Below are positions 17,010-26,446 of a DNA stretch of 64,000 nucleotides, in pieces (the first letter of the stretch is position 1; every line of letters starts with the position of its first letter). The notes under the pieces were generated by a model that searched no databases, was not told where the DNA came from, and saw nothing but the letters and a program-made list of their open reading frames with translations. The position numbers and the translations under genes were made by a program. This DNA comes from an uncultured Fibrobacteria bacterium (lineage in GTDB: Bacteria; Fibrobacterota; Fibrobacteria; UBA11236). Location: assembly GCA_963716395.1 (NCBI GenBank), contig OY970309.1, positions 2,528,001-2,592,000 on the forward strand, read 5' to 3'.

Positions 17010-20000
17010 ATGAAGACCCAAATCTCACGCAACAGCCTCCAGCCCGGCAAGCGTTACTCCGGCGTGTACCAGCAGCAGGGGCGGATGATCACCGACGCCG
17101 ATTGGAACGAGCTTACCGATCTCGACAAGCACCGGCTGTGGAACGCGTTGCGGGACGCCATCGGCAGCGGTGCGCCTACCGCCGGCGGCTTGGCCGTCAA
17201 CCCCGACAAAACCTTGCAGCCCGGCGTGCTCTATGCCGAAGGCGTGCCGGCCAAACTCGAAGGTGGCTCACCCGTGGCCTTCACCGCCCAGCCGGATTTT
17301 CCCGGGGCTCCGGCTTTGCCGGCCAACACGTTCACCTTGTATGCCGACGTCTGGGATCGCGCCGTGACTTCGCTGGAGGATTTGGTCTTGGTCGATCCGG
17401 GATTGCATGGGGCCGACACGTGCAGCCGCACGCAAACCATGCTGCAGGTGAAGTGGTGTCCCAACGCCGGCGATCCCGCGGACTTGAACAAAAATCCGCC
17501 CAAGGGCAACGGCCGGCTCGCGTTGCAATTGCGCACGACCTTTTCCGGCGGGGATCCCTGCGACCCCTGCGCGGCGCAGGTCAACGTCGACAACAAGGTG
17601 GGGAATTACCTGTTCCGCGTCGAAGTGCACGATCGCTACCAACAAGGCGGCCATGACTTTCTCGTGCTCAAATGGTCGCGCGACAACGGCTCCGAGCAAT
17701 ACCCGGTGGCGTCGGCGCCGCCCGATTTCAAACAGGGCGACTGGATTTACGAATTCTTCAACGACGTCACGGAGAAAAACCTGGGCGTGCATTTGGCCGC
17801 GGGATTTACCCCCTTGCGCGGCAAGCTGGTGGATGGCTACACCGTTCCCACCGCCCCCGCCGATCCCAAAACCTATGGGCGCCAATGGGACGGCTGTTGC
17901 ACCATTGACCTGACCGCCAAAACCTTGGCGGCCACCGCCACGCAGCCCGCCAAAGACAGAGGCGTGGCGTTGAGCACCACCTACGGGCTCGGAGCCCAAG
18001 GCCTGGTGACCTTGGGCGCTGCATTGCAAATCAATCTCGACTTGCTCGTCTTCAATTTGCAGTTGGATGGCTGCAACTTTGTGGCCGGCGACTATTGGCT
18101 GGCCACGGTGCGCGAAGCTACGCAAAGCGCGGGGGATTTCGTGCTGGGAACTTCGTTGACCTCCGGGGTCCCGCCCCTCGGCATTCACCACCATTATGTG
18201 TGGCTGGCCGACATCGACGGGTCGGGCGCGGTGATCGCGCCCACCGACGCGGAGAAGCGGCAATTCCATTTTCCGCCGCTGACCAATCTTCAGGCCTACG
18301 ACGTGGGGTTCACGAACAATTGCGCGACGCTGTTCACCGGCGCCCAAAACGTGCAGCAGGCGCTTGATGCGCTGTGCTTAATCGCTGCCGACGACATCGC
18401 CTATACCGTTCCAGGCTGCCCGGCGCCTTCGGTGGCGGCGTTGATGGCGGCCTCGGTGGCGGGGTGGCCCGATTTCGACGGTGACCACAAGGTTACGGTG
18501 AAAGACATGCTCGACGCTTTGCTGTGCAAACTGAGCGCTTCGTACCTGCCCTACAACGGCGCGATTCAGGGACCGCGCTGGACGGCGATTAAAAGCGAGG
18601 CCACGCCGTCGACCCCGCCGGGCACGGTGCAGCAAGCGCTCGACGATCTCGTGCAATACCTCGACTCCAAGGACATTCCGCATTATATGCAGAACTGCCC
18701 CGCGGGTTCGGAGCCCACGGTGCGTACGGCCTTGGGGTTGACCGGGGCGCAATACCCGGTCAGCGACATCTTGACCGCGCTGTTATGCCAGAAGCAGGCC
18801 GGGGGATCGAGCTGCTGCGTGTGCATCGGCCCGGGCGGCGACTTTCAGACCTTGCAAAACGCGCTCGACGCCTTCGCGGCCAATCCGGCGCCATGGACCG
18901 ATCTCATCCTATGCCTCAAGCCCGGCACCCACGTGCTGCTGGGTAACGTCGAAGTCACGGGCAAGCGTTCGGTGAAAATCACCGGATCGGGCACCTCGGC
19001 CAGCATCATCCAATTCCAGGGGGCGACTTTTCACATCCAGGCCCAGGAGATCGCTTTTGAAGATGTGGCCGTGGTCGCCACCCAGGCCGGTGGGCAACTG
19101 ATCCTGGAGGCGCCGTCGGTGTCGGCCGAAGATTCGCTGTTCCGGCGGGCGGGCAACAATCCCACCGCGCCCGCCTTGATCGCCGTGAACGCCGCGAGCA
19201 ATGGCGGCAGCGTGTTTTTCCAGAACAACACTTTGCAAAGCACCTGGCAGCGGGTGAGGCCCGGCATCAATCTCGGCAGTTATGCTCCGGTGTCCGTGGT
19301 GGGAGCCAAGACGGCGGCGGCATTCCAGAATTTGTTTGCCGATGAGACTTTGTCCGATCCCGACAAGTTCAACGCCGCCTTGATCGATCTTTCCAACCAA
19401 GTCGCGGCCCTGCCGCCAAGCACGCGCACCGCCTGGGTCCAGGCCGCGCCCAAAGCCTTGGCCGCGGCGCCGGCCAAGGCCAAAACCAAATCGGGGGCCA
19501 AATCGTCGCAGCACGCCTCGACGGCCAAGGCCAAAAAGGCTGCGCCGGCTCCGCTCAAAAGCGATGCGAAATCGGCGTCCTTCGCCATCAATGTCATCGG
19601 CAATATCACGTCGTTTCCGGTGATCCGGAACAACGGGGTCAACATCGTGGCCTCGACCCAGAATTTTTACACCCACCTCACCCAGGCCAAACTCAACCTG
19701 CCTTCGGTCCAGAGCGATTTGGCCGGCCTGGTGCTGGGTCTCATCGAATCGGGGTTCTGCCAGGCTTTGACTTTGAGTTCGATCCAAGTCGGCGGATCGC
19801 TGGCCTACAATACGGTGAATGGCGAGGTCGTGGTGCTCAACAACGGCGCGGCCGGAGCGGATATCGGCAAAAACGGCGTGCTGCAGCAGGTGGGGAGCCT
19901 CGTGGTGGCAAGCGTATCTCCCATCAGCGCCAACGGCGCCAAGTTGGATCTCGTGCACAATTCCATCGCGCGTTTTTCACAGCAGGTGCCGGCCGCCGCT

Positions 20001-20276
20001 ATCAGCAGCGGCCGGCTGGTTGCGGCGTTGCCGGCGTATTCCATTCTGAACGTGACGGAGAACGTATTCGGCAACGACGAGAATGCCTTGGCCGCGGGCG
20101 TGGTGCGGCTCAGCGGCAACCACTTCGCCGGCGACAAATCCTTGCCCGGAGCCACCCTGCTCGGCAACCAGTTTCTGGCCTTGGGCAACAGCGCGGATGC
20201 CGGGGCCGCCGGGCGCTATCACGCGGCGACGGTTTCGTTCGCCGCCAACCTGATGGTCTTGAGCGTGTTGGCTTAA
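17010..20276 (+). CDS. DUF6519 domain tail fibre with repeats and a C-terminal beta-helix-like region
   Basis: SR...KRYSGVYQQQGRMITDADWNE, YADVWDR.V, NYLFRVEVH, KWSRDNGS, GDYW, PLGIHHHY, FPPLT; repeated VQQALD-type motifs. Confidence 0.85.
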   Translation: MKTQISRNSLQPGKRYSGVYQQQGRMITDADWNELTDLDKHRLWNALRDAIGSGAPTAGGLAVNPDKTLQPGVLYAEGVPAKLEGGSPVAFTAQPDFPGAPALPANTFTLYADVWDRAVTSLEDLVLVDPGLHGADTCSRTQTMLQVKWCPNAGDPADLNKNPPKGNGRLALQLRTTFSGGDPCDPCAAQVNVDNKVGNYLFRVEVHDRYQQGGHDFLVLKWSRDNGSEQYPVASAPPDFKQGDWIYEFFNDVTEKNLGVHLAAGFTPLRGKLVDGYTVPTAPADPKTYGRQWDGCCTIDLTAKTLAATATQPAKDRGVALSTTYGLGAQGLVTLGAALQINLDLLVFNLQLDGCNFVAGDYWLATVREATQSAGDFVLGTSLTSGVPPLGIHHHYVWLADIDGSGAVIAPTDAEKRQFHFPPLTNLQAYDVGFTNNCATLFTGAQNVQQALDALCLIAADDIAYTVPGCPAPSVAALMAASVAGWPDFDGDHKVTVKDMLDALLCKLSASYLPYNGAIQGPRWTAIKSEATPSTPPGTVQQALDDLVQYLDSKDIPHYMQNCPAGSEPTVRTALGLTGAQYPVSDILTALLCQKQAGGSSCCVCIGPGGDFQTLQNALDAFAANPAPWTDLILCLKPGTHVLLGNVEVTGKRSVKITGSGTSASIIQFQGATFHIQAQEIAFEDVAVVATQAGGQLILEAPSVSAEDSLFRRAGNNPTAPALIAVNAASNGGSVFFQNNTLQSTWQRVRPGINLGSYAPVSVVGAKTAAAFQNLFADETLSDPDKFNAALIDLSNQVAALPPSTRTAWVQAAPKALAAAPAKAKTKSGAKSSQHASTAKAKKAAPAPLKSDAKSASFAINVIGNITSFPVIRNNGVNIVASTQNFYTHLTQAKLNLPSVQSDLAGLVLGLIESGFCQALTLSSIQVGGSLAYNTVNGEVVVLNNGAAGADIGKNGVLQQVGSLVVASVSPISANGAKLDLVHNSIARFSQQVPAAAISSGRLVAALPAYSILNVTENVFGNDENALAAGVVRLSGNHFAGDKSLPGATLLGNQFLALGNSADAGAAGRYHAATVSFAANLMVLSVLA

Positions 20277-20292
20277 AAAATCGGAGGGTGCA

Positions 20293-22032
20293 TTGCGGAT
20301 ATTCCGGAGCAAAACCAGAATCCGTCGCGGCGATGGCGGCGTTTCGGTCCCGGAATCCGGGCCCATCCCGGCTCCGGGTCAGCGCGAAAAGATCCGCCAG
20401 GTTTTAAACGGCGGCCGCGTGCAGGCCAAGCTTGAAGTCAGTGCGCCGGAAGACGCGAGCGAACGCGAAGCCGATCAGGTGGCCGAGCGGGTGATGCGGG
20501 CTCCGGATTCCCCGGGCGATCCGTCGGCGGCGCCGCCTCGGATCCAAAGAAAGTGCGCCGACTGCGAAGAGGAAGAGAAAAAAGATCAGGGCGTGGTACA
20601 CACCAAGGCCGGTGGTGCCGGCGCACAGGCAACCGGCGCCCCGGCCGCCGTGAACGCCGTGCGCTCCGGCGGCCATCCGCTGCCCGGCGCCGAACGCGCA
20701 TTTTTCGAGGCCCGCTTCGGCCGGAGTTTCGGCCAAGTGCAGTTGCATACCGATGCGGGCGCGGCCGACGCTTCACGCGCACTGCACGCCCAGGCCTTCA
20801 CCTATAAGAATCATATCGCCTTTGCAACGGGCCGTTATGCCCCGGGCACGGAGTCGGGACGGAAATTGCTGGCCCATGAGCTGACCCATGTCGTGCAGCA
20901 GAATTCCGGCGACGCCACGCAATTGCGGCGCTTTCCCGGTCCCCCGGCCGCTTTGCCGGCGCCGGTCCACACGCCTGCGCCCGCCTCCACGCCGAAGGCG
21001 CCTTTGCCTTTACCGCCGCACAAAAATCCCGCGACCCAGGCCAAAACCAGCGCTCCGGCTTTTTCGGTTTCCAAATCCAATTATCTCGCCCTGCTGTCGG
21101 TGGCTTTGGATCAGATGCAAGGCTCGTTGGTGGCGGCCAACACCTTGTCCGGTTTCGTGGAACCCATGCTGCGCGCCATGGCGGCCCATGCCGAGTGGAA
21201 GGATGCCGCGGGCAAGGTCGGCGGCGGGGACTTCGTGGAATACAAATTGCCTTGGGATCCCAAACGAAAATTGAAGTTGAAGCTCATTCTCGACGATCAA
21301 GACAAACCGCCATTGGCGGGGCTGTTTCATGCCACGGGCTCCGACGCGGCCACCATCACGCTGTTTATTCGCGCCAATGACGACGCCGACACCATGAGCC
21401 AAACCGCCTACCACGAATCCTTACATTTGATCACCTGGCTGCGCGGCAATTCTTCGGCGAAAAAACCGTTGGGCGATTCCATGGGGCTGAACTCTTCGCA
21501 AAAAGAGGTCTTGGACAACTTGAATATTCAGTCGCAAGCGCCCAAGTTGAAAGTCATCCGCCGCCGGGTGGAGCGCATCGCCGAAACCGTCAACGCTACG
21601 CGCGCTTCCGACAAGCAAATTCCCGCTGCCAAAATCGATTCCATGGCCGAATGGTTATTGCAGGAATACCTGGTGCGCATTGAATCGGAAGTGTATCGGC
21701 TTTTCGGGATTCAGGAACAAGTGAACAAGTTGCCTCCAGGCCAAGGCATGGTCTTCAAAGCCACCGATCCCGGTTCGTTTTTCAAGGCATCGGATGTCGA
21801 GATTTATCTCTTTGATCAAAGCGGTGTCTTCAAGCCCGAAGACAAAGCCGCCCTCACCGAACTGGATCTTCAGGACATCGCTGCCATCGCCAAAATTTTC
21901 GATGATGGCGTGGAGTGGCTGGTGAAAAGACGTTTCAGTTCCTTCGCCTTTCGCACGGAACACCGCCCCCAGGTGGAAATCTTGCAAATGCCTAAACGCA
22001 GCTTCGTGGATAAAATCCAACCCGCGGATTAA
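20293..22032 (+). CDS. DUF4157 (eCIS core) protein with C-terminal second HExxH domain; candidate effector
   Basis: QAKLEVS..D..EREAD..A; FFEARFG..F..V.LHT; AFT...IAF; LLAHELTHVVQQ (20875-20889); HESLH (21412-21426). TTG start after GGAGG. Confidence 0.85.
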   Translation: MRIFRSKTRIRRGDGGVSVPESGPIPAPGQREKIRQVLNGGRVQAKLEVSAPEDASEREADQVAERVMRAPDSPGDPSAAPPRIQRKCADCEEEEKKDQGVVHTKAGGAGAQATGAPAAVNAVRSGGHPLPGAERAFFEARFGRSFGQVQLHTDAGAADASRALHAQAFTYKNHIAFATGRYAPGTESGRKLLAHELTHVVQQNSGDATQLRRFPGPPAALPAPVHTPAPASTPKAPLPLPPHKNPATQAKTSAPAFSVSKSNYLALLSVALDQMQGSLVAANTLSGFVEPMLRAMAAHAEWKDAAGKVGGGDFVEYKLPWDPKRKLKLKLILDDQDKPPLAGLFHATGSDAATITLFIRANDDADTMSQTAYHESLHLITWLRGNSSAKKPLGDSMGLNSSQKEVLDNLNIQSQAPKLKVIRRRVERIAETVNATRASDKQIPAAKIDSMAEWLLQEYLVRIESEVYRLFGIQEQVNKLPPGQGMVFKATDPGSFFKASDVEIYLFDQSGVFKPEDKAALTELDLQDIAAIAKIFDDGVEWLVKRRFSSFAFRTEHRPQVEILQMPKRSFVDKIQPAD

Positions 22033-22045
22033 GCCGGCGCGCTTT

Positions 22046-25000
22046 ATGCAAACCTTCGCTCCGGCCAAAACCAAGTCGGCCGCCGGCCCTAGGCACCGCT
22101 CCGCGCCCGCCACCGTGGGCCCGCCCGTGCATCGCGCGCCTCCGCCTTGGGCGGACGCCGCGCTGACTTCGCTGGGCGTCCTAGCCAAACTCAAGGTGAG
22201 CCAACGCGATGAACCGGCCGAACAAGAAGCCAATCAGATTGCCGACCGCATCGTGGCCATGTCCGACTCTTCGGCGGCTACCGAAGCGCCGCCCAATGCG
22301 GCGGCGCCTCCGCCTTCGAGGCCGCCGCCGCCGGGGACGCCGGACGCTTCGTCCGGATCGTCGGCTTCTTCTTCTGCTGCGACTGCTGCGGGTTCGACTC
22401 CGCCGCTGAAACCCGTGAATCGGTATTTGCTGGCGGCCGGGTTGCACCGTTCCGAATGCGAGTCTTGCGAAGAAGAATCCGAACCCATGGTGCACACCTC
22501 GCGCGACCGCGATGCGCCGGACGAAACGCTGGCACGGCTCGGCGCGCGGGTTTTCGCCTTGCGGCAACGCGGTGCGCCGCTGCCGTCGGAGGTGCGCACC
22601 TTTATGGAGCCGCGTTTCGGCCGCGATTTTTCCGGCGTGCGCATTCATCTGGGCACCGAACCCGAGGCGCTCTCGCAATCTCTCCATGCGCGCGCCTTCA
22701 CCGTGGGCGAGCATATCGCTTTCGGACCCGGGCAATACCGTCCCGACACCGAAACGGGCCGCAAGCTGATCGCGCATGAGTTGACTCACGTGGTGCAGCA
22801 ACGCGGCGGGCAGCCCGCGGCGAAACAAGTCCCGGCCGTGCGTCCGGAAAAACCCAAGGTGCAGCGCGGCGTCATTTCCTGGCTCGGCGATCGGGCCTCG
22901 GATGTCGGCGGCGCCGTCTCCGACGCGGCCCACGATGTCGGTCACGCCGTTTCCAGCGCGGCCTCGGCCGTGGGAGGCGCGCTCGCCGATTTGGCTTGGG
23001 CCGCGGTGCGTGAATTGGCGCCGAGTCTGGAACCCATTTTGCGTGAAGGGCCGTTCAACTGGTTGAAGCGCCAGGTCGGCAACGCCTTCCACTCCCTCAT
23101 CAGTGCCGTGACAAGCCTGTTACCTCCGGGCGTGGTGCAGGTGTTGAATACCGTATTCGGCGGCCTGATGACGCGCGCCTCGCAAATCGTCGGCGCTTTG
23201 GCTTCGGGCGATTGCGGCCCGTTGTTCCAGGCCCTGCGCGATTTGAAAGACTTCATCAGCCAAGTGGCGGGCGAAGTCTGGGATAAGCTGGTCGACTTTC
23301 TCCATCCCATCGGCGATTTCTTTGCGCGTTTGTGGAACGGTTATGGCGCTCCGGCCGTGCAATGGTTGCGCGAATTCGCCGGCGAGGTGTGGCAGGTCAT
23401 TTCGGATTTGGGCCATGACATCTGGGAATGGATTCAACCTCTTCGCAACGGCGTTCGGAGAATTTGGAATTGGGTGAAAGAAAAGCTTTTCGGCCCCGAT
23501 GACGATTCTTCCGGAGAGAGTTCGGGCGGTATCATCCATTGGATCACCGAAAAAGCCGGCGAGGCCTGGGATTGGGTCAAAGAGCAAACCCGGCCGGTCT
23601 GGCAGCCGATTTCGCGCGCCCTCGCCACCGTGCGTTCGTTGATTCCGCCGGCCTTCATCCGCCGCCTGGGCGAATCATTCCAGCATCTGGGCGCGCAATT
23701 GAACCAGGCCGGCTCCAATCTCGGCGACGATGGCGACGACGTAGCGCAAAACCGCGCGGCCCTGGCTTCGGTGTTGCCTTCAGTGCAGCAGGTTTTGGCG
23801 GCCGCGCGCGGGGCCATCGTGTCGGCCAAGACCTGGGTGTTGGAAACTATGGGCTCGATGGCCTCGCAATTCAGCAACTTCCTCTCCGAGCTGCGCAACT
23901 CCAGCATATTCAGCCCGGTGGCCGGGGCGCTTGCGTGGCTTGAAGGCGTGGGCAATGATCTCAACTCCTGGGCGCAAGACAAGGTGGGCGGGCTGTTCGA
24001 TTTCGTCATCCGCGCCTTCGATTATGTCTCGCCTTTCATCGAAAAGATGGTGGAACTGGTGCGCCAGGTGATTGCGGTGATGGCCGACATTCTGCGTTTG
24101 CCCACGCTGATTCTCGGCAGCATCTGGAATCTCATTCCGGCCTGCATCCGCAACCCCATCCGCGACTTTTTCATCAACCAGATTTTGCGCCGCATTCCGG
24201 TGTTCAGCTTCCTGCTCGATCTGCCGGATCTCTGGGCCCGGGTCGAGGCCGTGGCTTTGCGCATTCTGCGCCAGGTATTTGTTGACGGCAATTTGGCCGG
24301 CGCCGCCTGGACTTTTTTCCGCAACATGCTGCGCCTCATCGGCATCCCACCCGAATTGGTGGTGTCGATTCTGGCCAAGGCGGCTTCGGCGCTGGGCGAC
24401 ATCCTCACCAATCCCATTCGTTTCCTCACCACCTTGCTGTCGGGCGTGGTGCACGGCTTCGGCCAGTTCTTCGATCATATCGGCACGCATCTTTTGAACG
24501 GCATCACGGGCTGGCTGTTCGGCGCCATGCAAGGTGCGGGCATCACGCCGCCGCATGAATTCAGCCTGCGATCCATACTCGGCATCGTGCTGCAAATCCT
24601 CGACATTTCCGTGGATCGGATTTTCGCGCGCCTGGCGCGGCGCGTGAGCCCCGAAATCGTGGCGCGCCTGCGCCAGGCCGTGAATATCGCCACGGGCGTA
24701 TGGGAATGGGTGGCCGTGCTCATTAACGAAGGCCCAGGCGGCCTCTGGCGCCTGGTGCAGGATCGGCTCAGCAACCTGTGGAGCACCGTGATCAGCACGG
24801 CCATCAGTTGGATTACGCAACGGGTGATCGCCGCGGGCATCCGCTGGCTGGCGGGCTTTCTCGACATCTCGGGCATCATGCCGGTGATCAATACCTTGAT
24901 CGCCGTTTATCGCGCCATCCAAAGCGCCGTGGCCTATATCCGGCAAATCCTCGAAGTGGTGAACACGGCCCTCGACGGCATCGGTGCCATGGCGCGCGGC

Positions 25001-26401
25001 GATCCGGGGCCGGCCGCGAATTTCGTCGAGCGCGCCCTGGCGGGCATCGTGCCCGTGGCCATCGGCTTCGTGGCCAACCAGGTGGGCCTGGGCGACATCA
25101 GCGCGCGCATCCGCGAAGTGATCGAAGGCGTGCGCGCCATGGTCGATCAAGCCATCGACTGGCTCATCGACCGGGCTTTGCGGGCCGGCCGCGCCTTTCT
25201 CGACATGTTGCGGCGCGGGGTGACCGCGGTGCGCGGCGGCGTGGCGGCCCTGCGCCAGTGGTGGCGCAGCCGGCGGACGTTTCGCACCGACAGCGGGGAA
25301 GAGCACTCCCTGTATTTCACCGGGAGCGGAGGTTCGGCGCGCCTGATGATTGCCAGCGATCCGCAGCCGTATCAAACCTTCATCGCCGGAGTCGATGTCC
25401 CCGCCTCCAAACGCGCGGACAAACAAGAGGCCCTGCGCATTGCGGGAGAGTTGGATACGGCCGTTCGCGCGGCCGCGGCTCCGGCGGCGGGAAGCGGCGC
25501 GGCTGCAACCGGCGGAGGTGCCGTCGCCGTAGACCCTTCGACGCAGATCAATCAGCTGTTGGCCGATTTGGCATCGGTCACCGCGCGCTTCATACCCGCC
25601 AACCGAAACCGATCCAGCGTGCCGGTTTTCGGCCCAAGGGTCGGCGGATTCGGAAGTTCGGTGCGCGAATCCGTGTTGGGCCCCGATCGCCTGGAAACCG
25701 GAAGCACGCCTTCGGTGGAGGATAATCCGCATTGGCAGGCCTTACGGGCCAGGCGGCAGGGAGGCCGTTCCTACTTCGTGCGCGGGCATTTGCTCAACCA
25801 CCATTTGGGTGGGCCGGGTAACACCTGGGATAACTTGACGCCGATGTTCCAGGATGACAACGGGGCCTTTGAACGGGGATTCGAAGCGCCCGTCAAGGAT
25901 GCGGTGCGCGGCGGCCGGGCGGTCAATTTTATCGTCACGGCCAGTTACGGCCGTTCGCCCAATCCGAATATGGCAACGCTCCGCCGGGGAGGCGTCCGCG
26001 ATCAGGCGGTGGCGCGGATCATGGAGGCGGAACAATTCGTTCCGACCGGGGTGACGGCTTCCGCGAAGTTTACGGACCAGCCCTCGCAATCGCCGGTGAG
26101 CCCCGATCCGAAACCGTTCCCATTCACTTTTCCGACCACGCAAGACGCTTACGATCTGGAAGGTGCGCCCCGGGAAAACCGCTGGCTTTCCGATATGAAC
26201 GCCGAGCAAATCCAAAGCGACTTCGGGGTGACGGCTACGCAGGCGAGTGCGATTGCCGCGGCCCTGCATTCCAGCCCCGCGCCCCGAACCTGGGAGGCGT
26301 TGCGCGACGCCTACCACGCCGTGGACGGGCGGCTGGCGCTGGGAGCGTTGGATGGTATTCAAAACTCCGAGCGCTTCAACGTGCGGTTGTTCAGCCGATA
26401 A
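22046..26401 (+). CDS. DUF4157 protein with long helical region, C-terminal non-specific (His-Me) endonuclease and HhH-like tail; candidate effector
   Basis: MEPRFGRDFSGVRIH, LIAHELTHVVQQ (22775-22789); Trp-periodic helical middle; RGHLLNHHLGGPG...NLTP (from 25781). Confidence 0.85.
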   Translation: MQTFAPAKTKSAAGPRHRSAPATVGPPVHRAPPPWADAALTSLGVLAKLKVSQRDEPAEQEANQIADRIVAMSDSSAATEAPPNAAAPPPSRPPPPGTPDASSGSSASSSAATAAGSTPPLKPVNRYLLAAGLHRSECESCEEESEPMVHTSRDRDAPDETLARLGARVFALRQRGAPLPSEVRTFMEPRFGRDFSGVRIHLGTEPEALSQSLHARAFTVGEHIAFGPGQYRPDTETGRKLIAHELTHVVQQRGGQPAAKQVPAVRPEKPKVQRGVISWLGDRASDVGGAVSDAAHDVGHAVSSAASAVGGALADLAWAAVRELAPSLEPILREGPFNWLKRQVGNAFHSLISAVTSLLPPGVVQVLNTVFGGLMTRASQIVGALASGDCGPLFQALRDLKDFISQVAGEVWDKLVDFLHPIGDFFARLWNGYGAPAVQWLREFAGEVWQVISDLGHDIWEWIQPLRNGVRRIWNWVKEKLFGPDDDSSGESSGGIIHWITEKAGEAWDWVKEQTRPVWQPISRALATVRSLIPPAFIRRLGESFQHLGAQLNQAGSNLGDDGDDVAQNRAALASVLPSVQQVLAAARGAIVSAKTWVLETMGSMASQFSNFLSELRNSSIFSPVAGALAWLEGVGNDLNSWAQDKVGGLFDFVIRAFDYVSPFIEKMVELVRQVIAVMADILRLPTLILGSIWNLIPACIRNPIRDFFINQILRRIPVFSFLLDLPDLWARVEAVALRILRQVFVDGNLAGAAWTFFRNMLRLIGIPPELVVSILAKAASALGDILTNPIRFLTTLLSGVVHGFGQFFDHIGTHLLNGITGWLFGAMQGAGITPPHEFSLRSILGIVLQILDISVDRIFARLARRVSPEIVARLRQAVNIATGVWEWVAVLINEGPGGLWRLVQDRLSNLWSTVISTAISWITQRVIAAGIRWLAGFLDISGIMPVINTLIAVYRAIQSAVAYIRQILEVVNTALDGIGAMARGDPGPAANFVERALAGIVPVAIGFVANQVGLGDISARIREVIEGVRAMVDQAIDWLIDRALRAGRAFLDMLRRGVTAVRGGVAALRQWWRSRRTFRTDSGEEHSLYFTGSGGSARLMIASDPQPYQTFIAGVDVPASKRADKQEALRIAGELDTAVRAAAAPAAGSGAAATGGGAVAVDPSTQINQLLADLASVTARFIPANRNRSSVPVFGPRVGGFGSSVRESVLGPDRLETGSTPSVEDNPHWQALRARRQGGRSYFVRGHLLNHHLGGPGNTWDNLTPMFQDDNGAFERGFEAPVKDAVRGGRAVNFIVTASYGRSPNPNMATLRRGGVRDQAVARIMEAEQFVPTGVTASAKFTDQPSQSPVSPDPKPFPFTFPTTQDAYDLEGAPRENRWLSDMNAEQIQSDFGVTATQASAIAAALHSSPAPRTWEALRDAYHAVDGRLALGALDGIQNSERFNVRLFSR

Positions 26402-26446
26402 GGTGGAGCATCATTTGGTAGCATTGCCGATTGCGCACGGCTCCCC

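Noticed and set aside
1220-20276. Prophage or R-type tailocin
   Set aside because: No capsid, portal, terminase, integrase or lysis genes; DUF4255, Afp15-like ATPase and DUF4157 point to eCIS
1220-26401. Canonical type VI secretion system
   Set aside because: Single-chain phage-type sheath and gp19-like tube; no TssJLM, TssK, ClpV or Hcp
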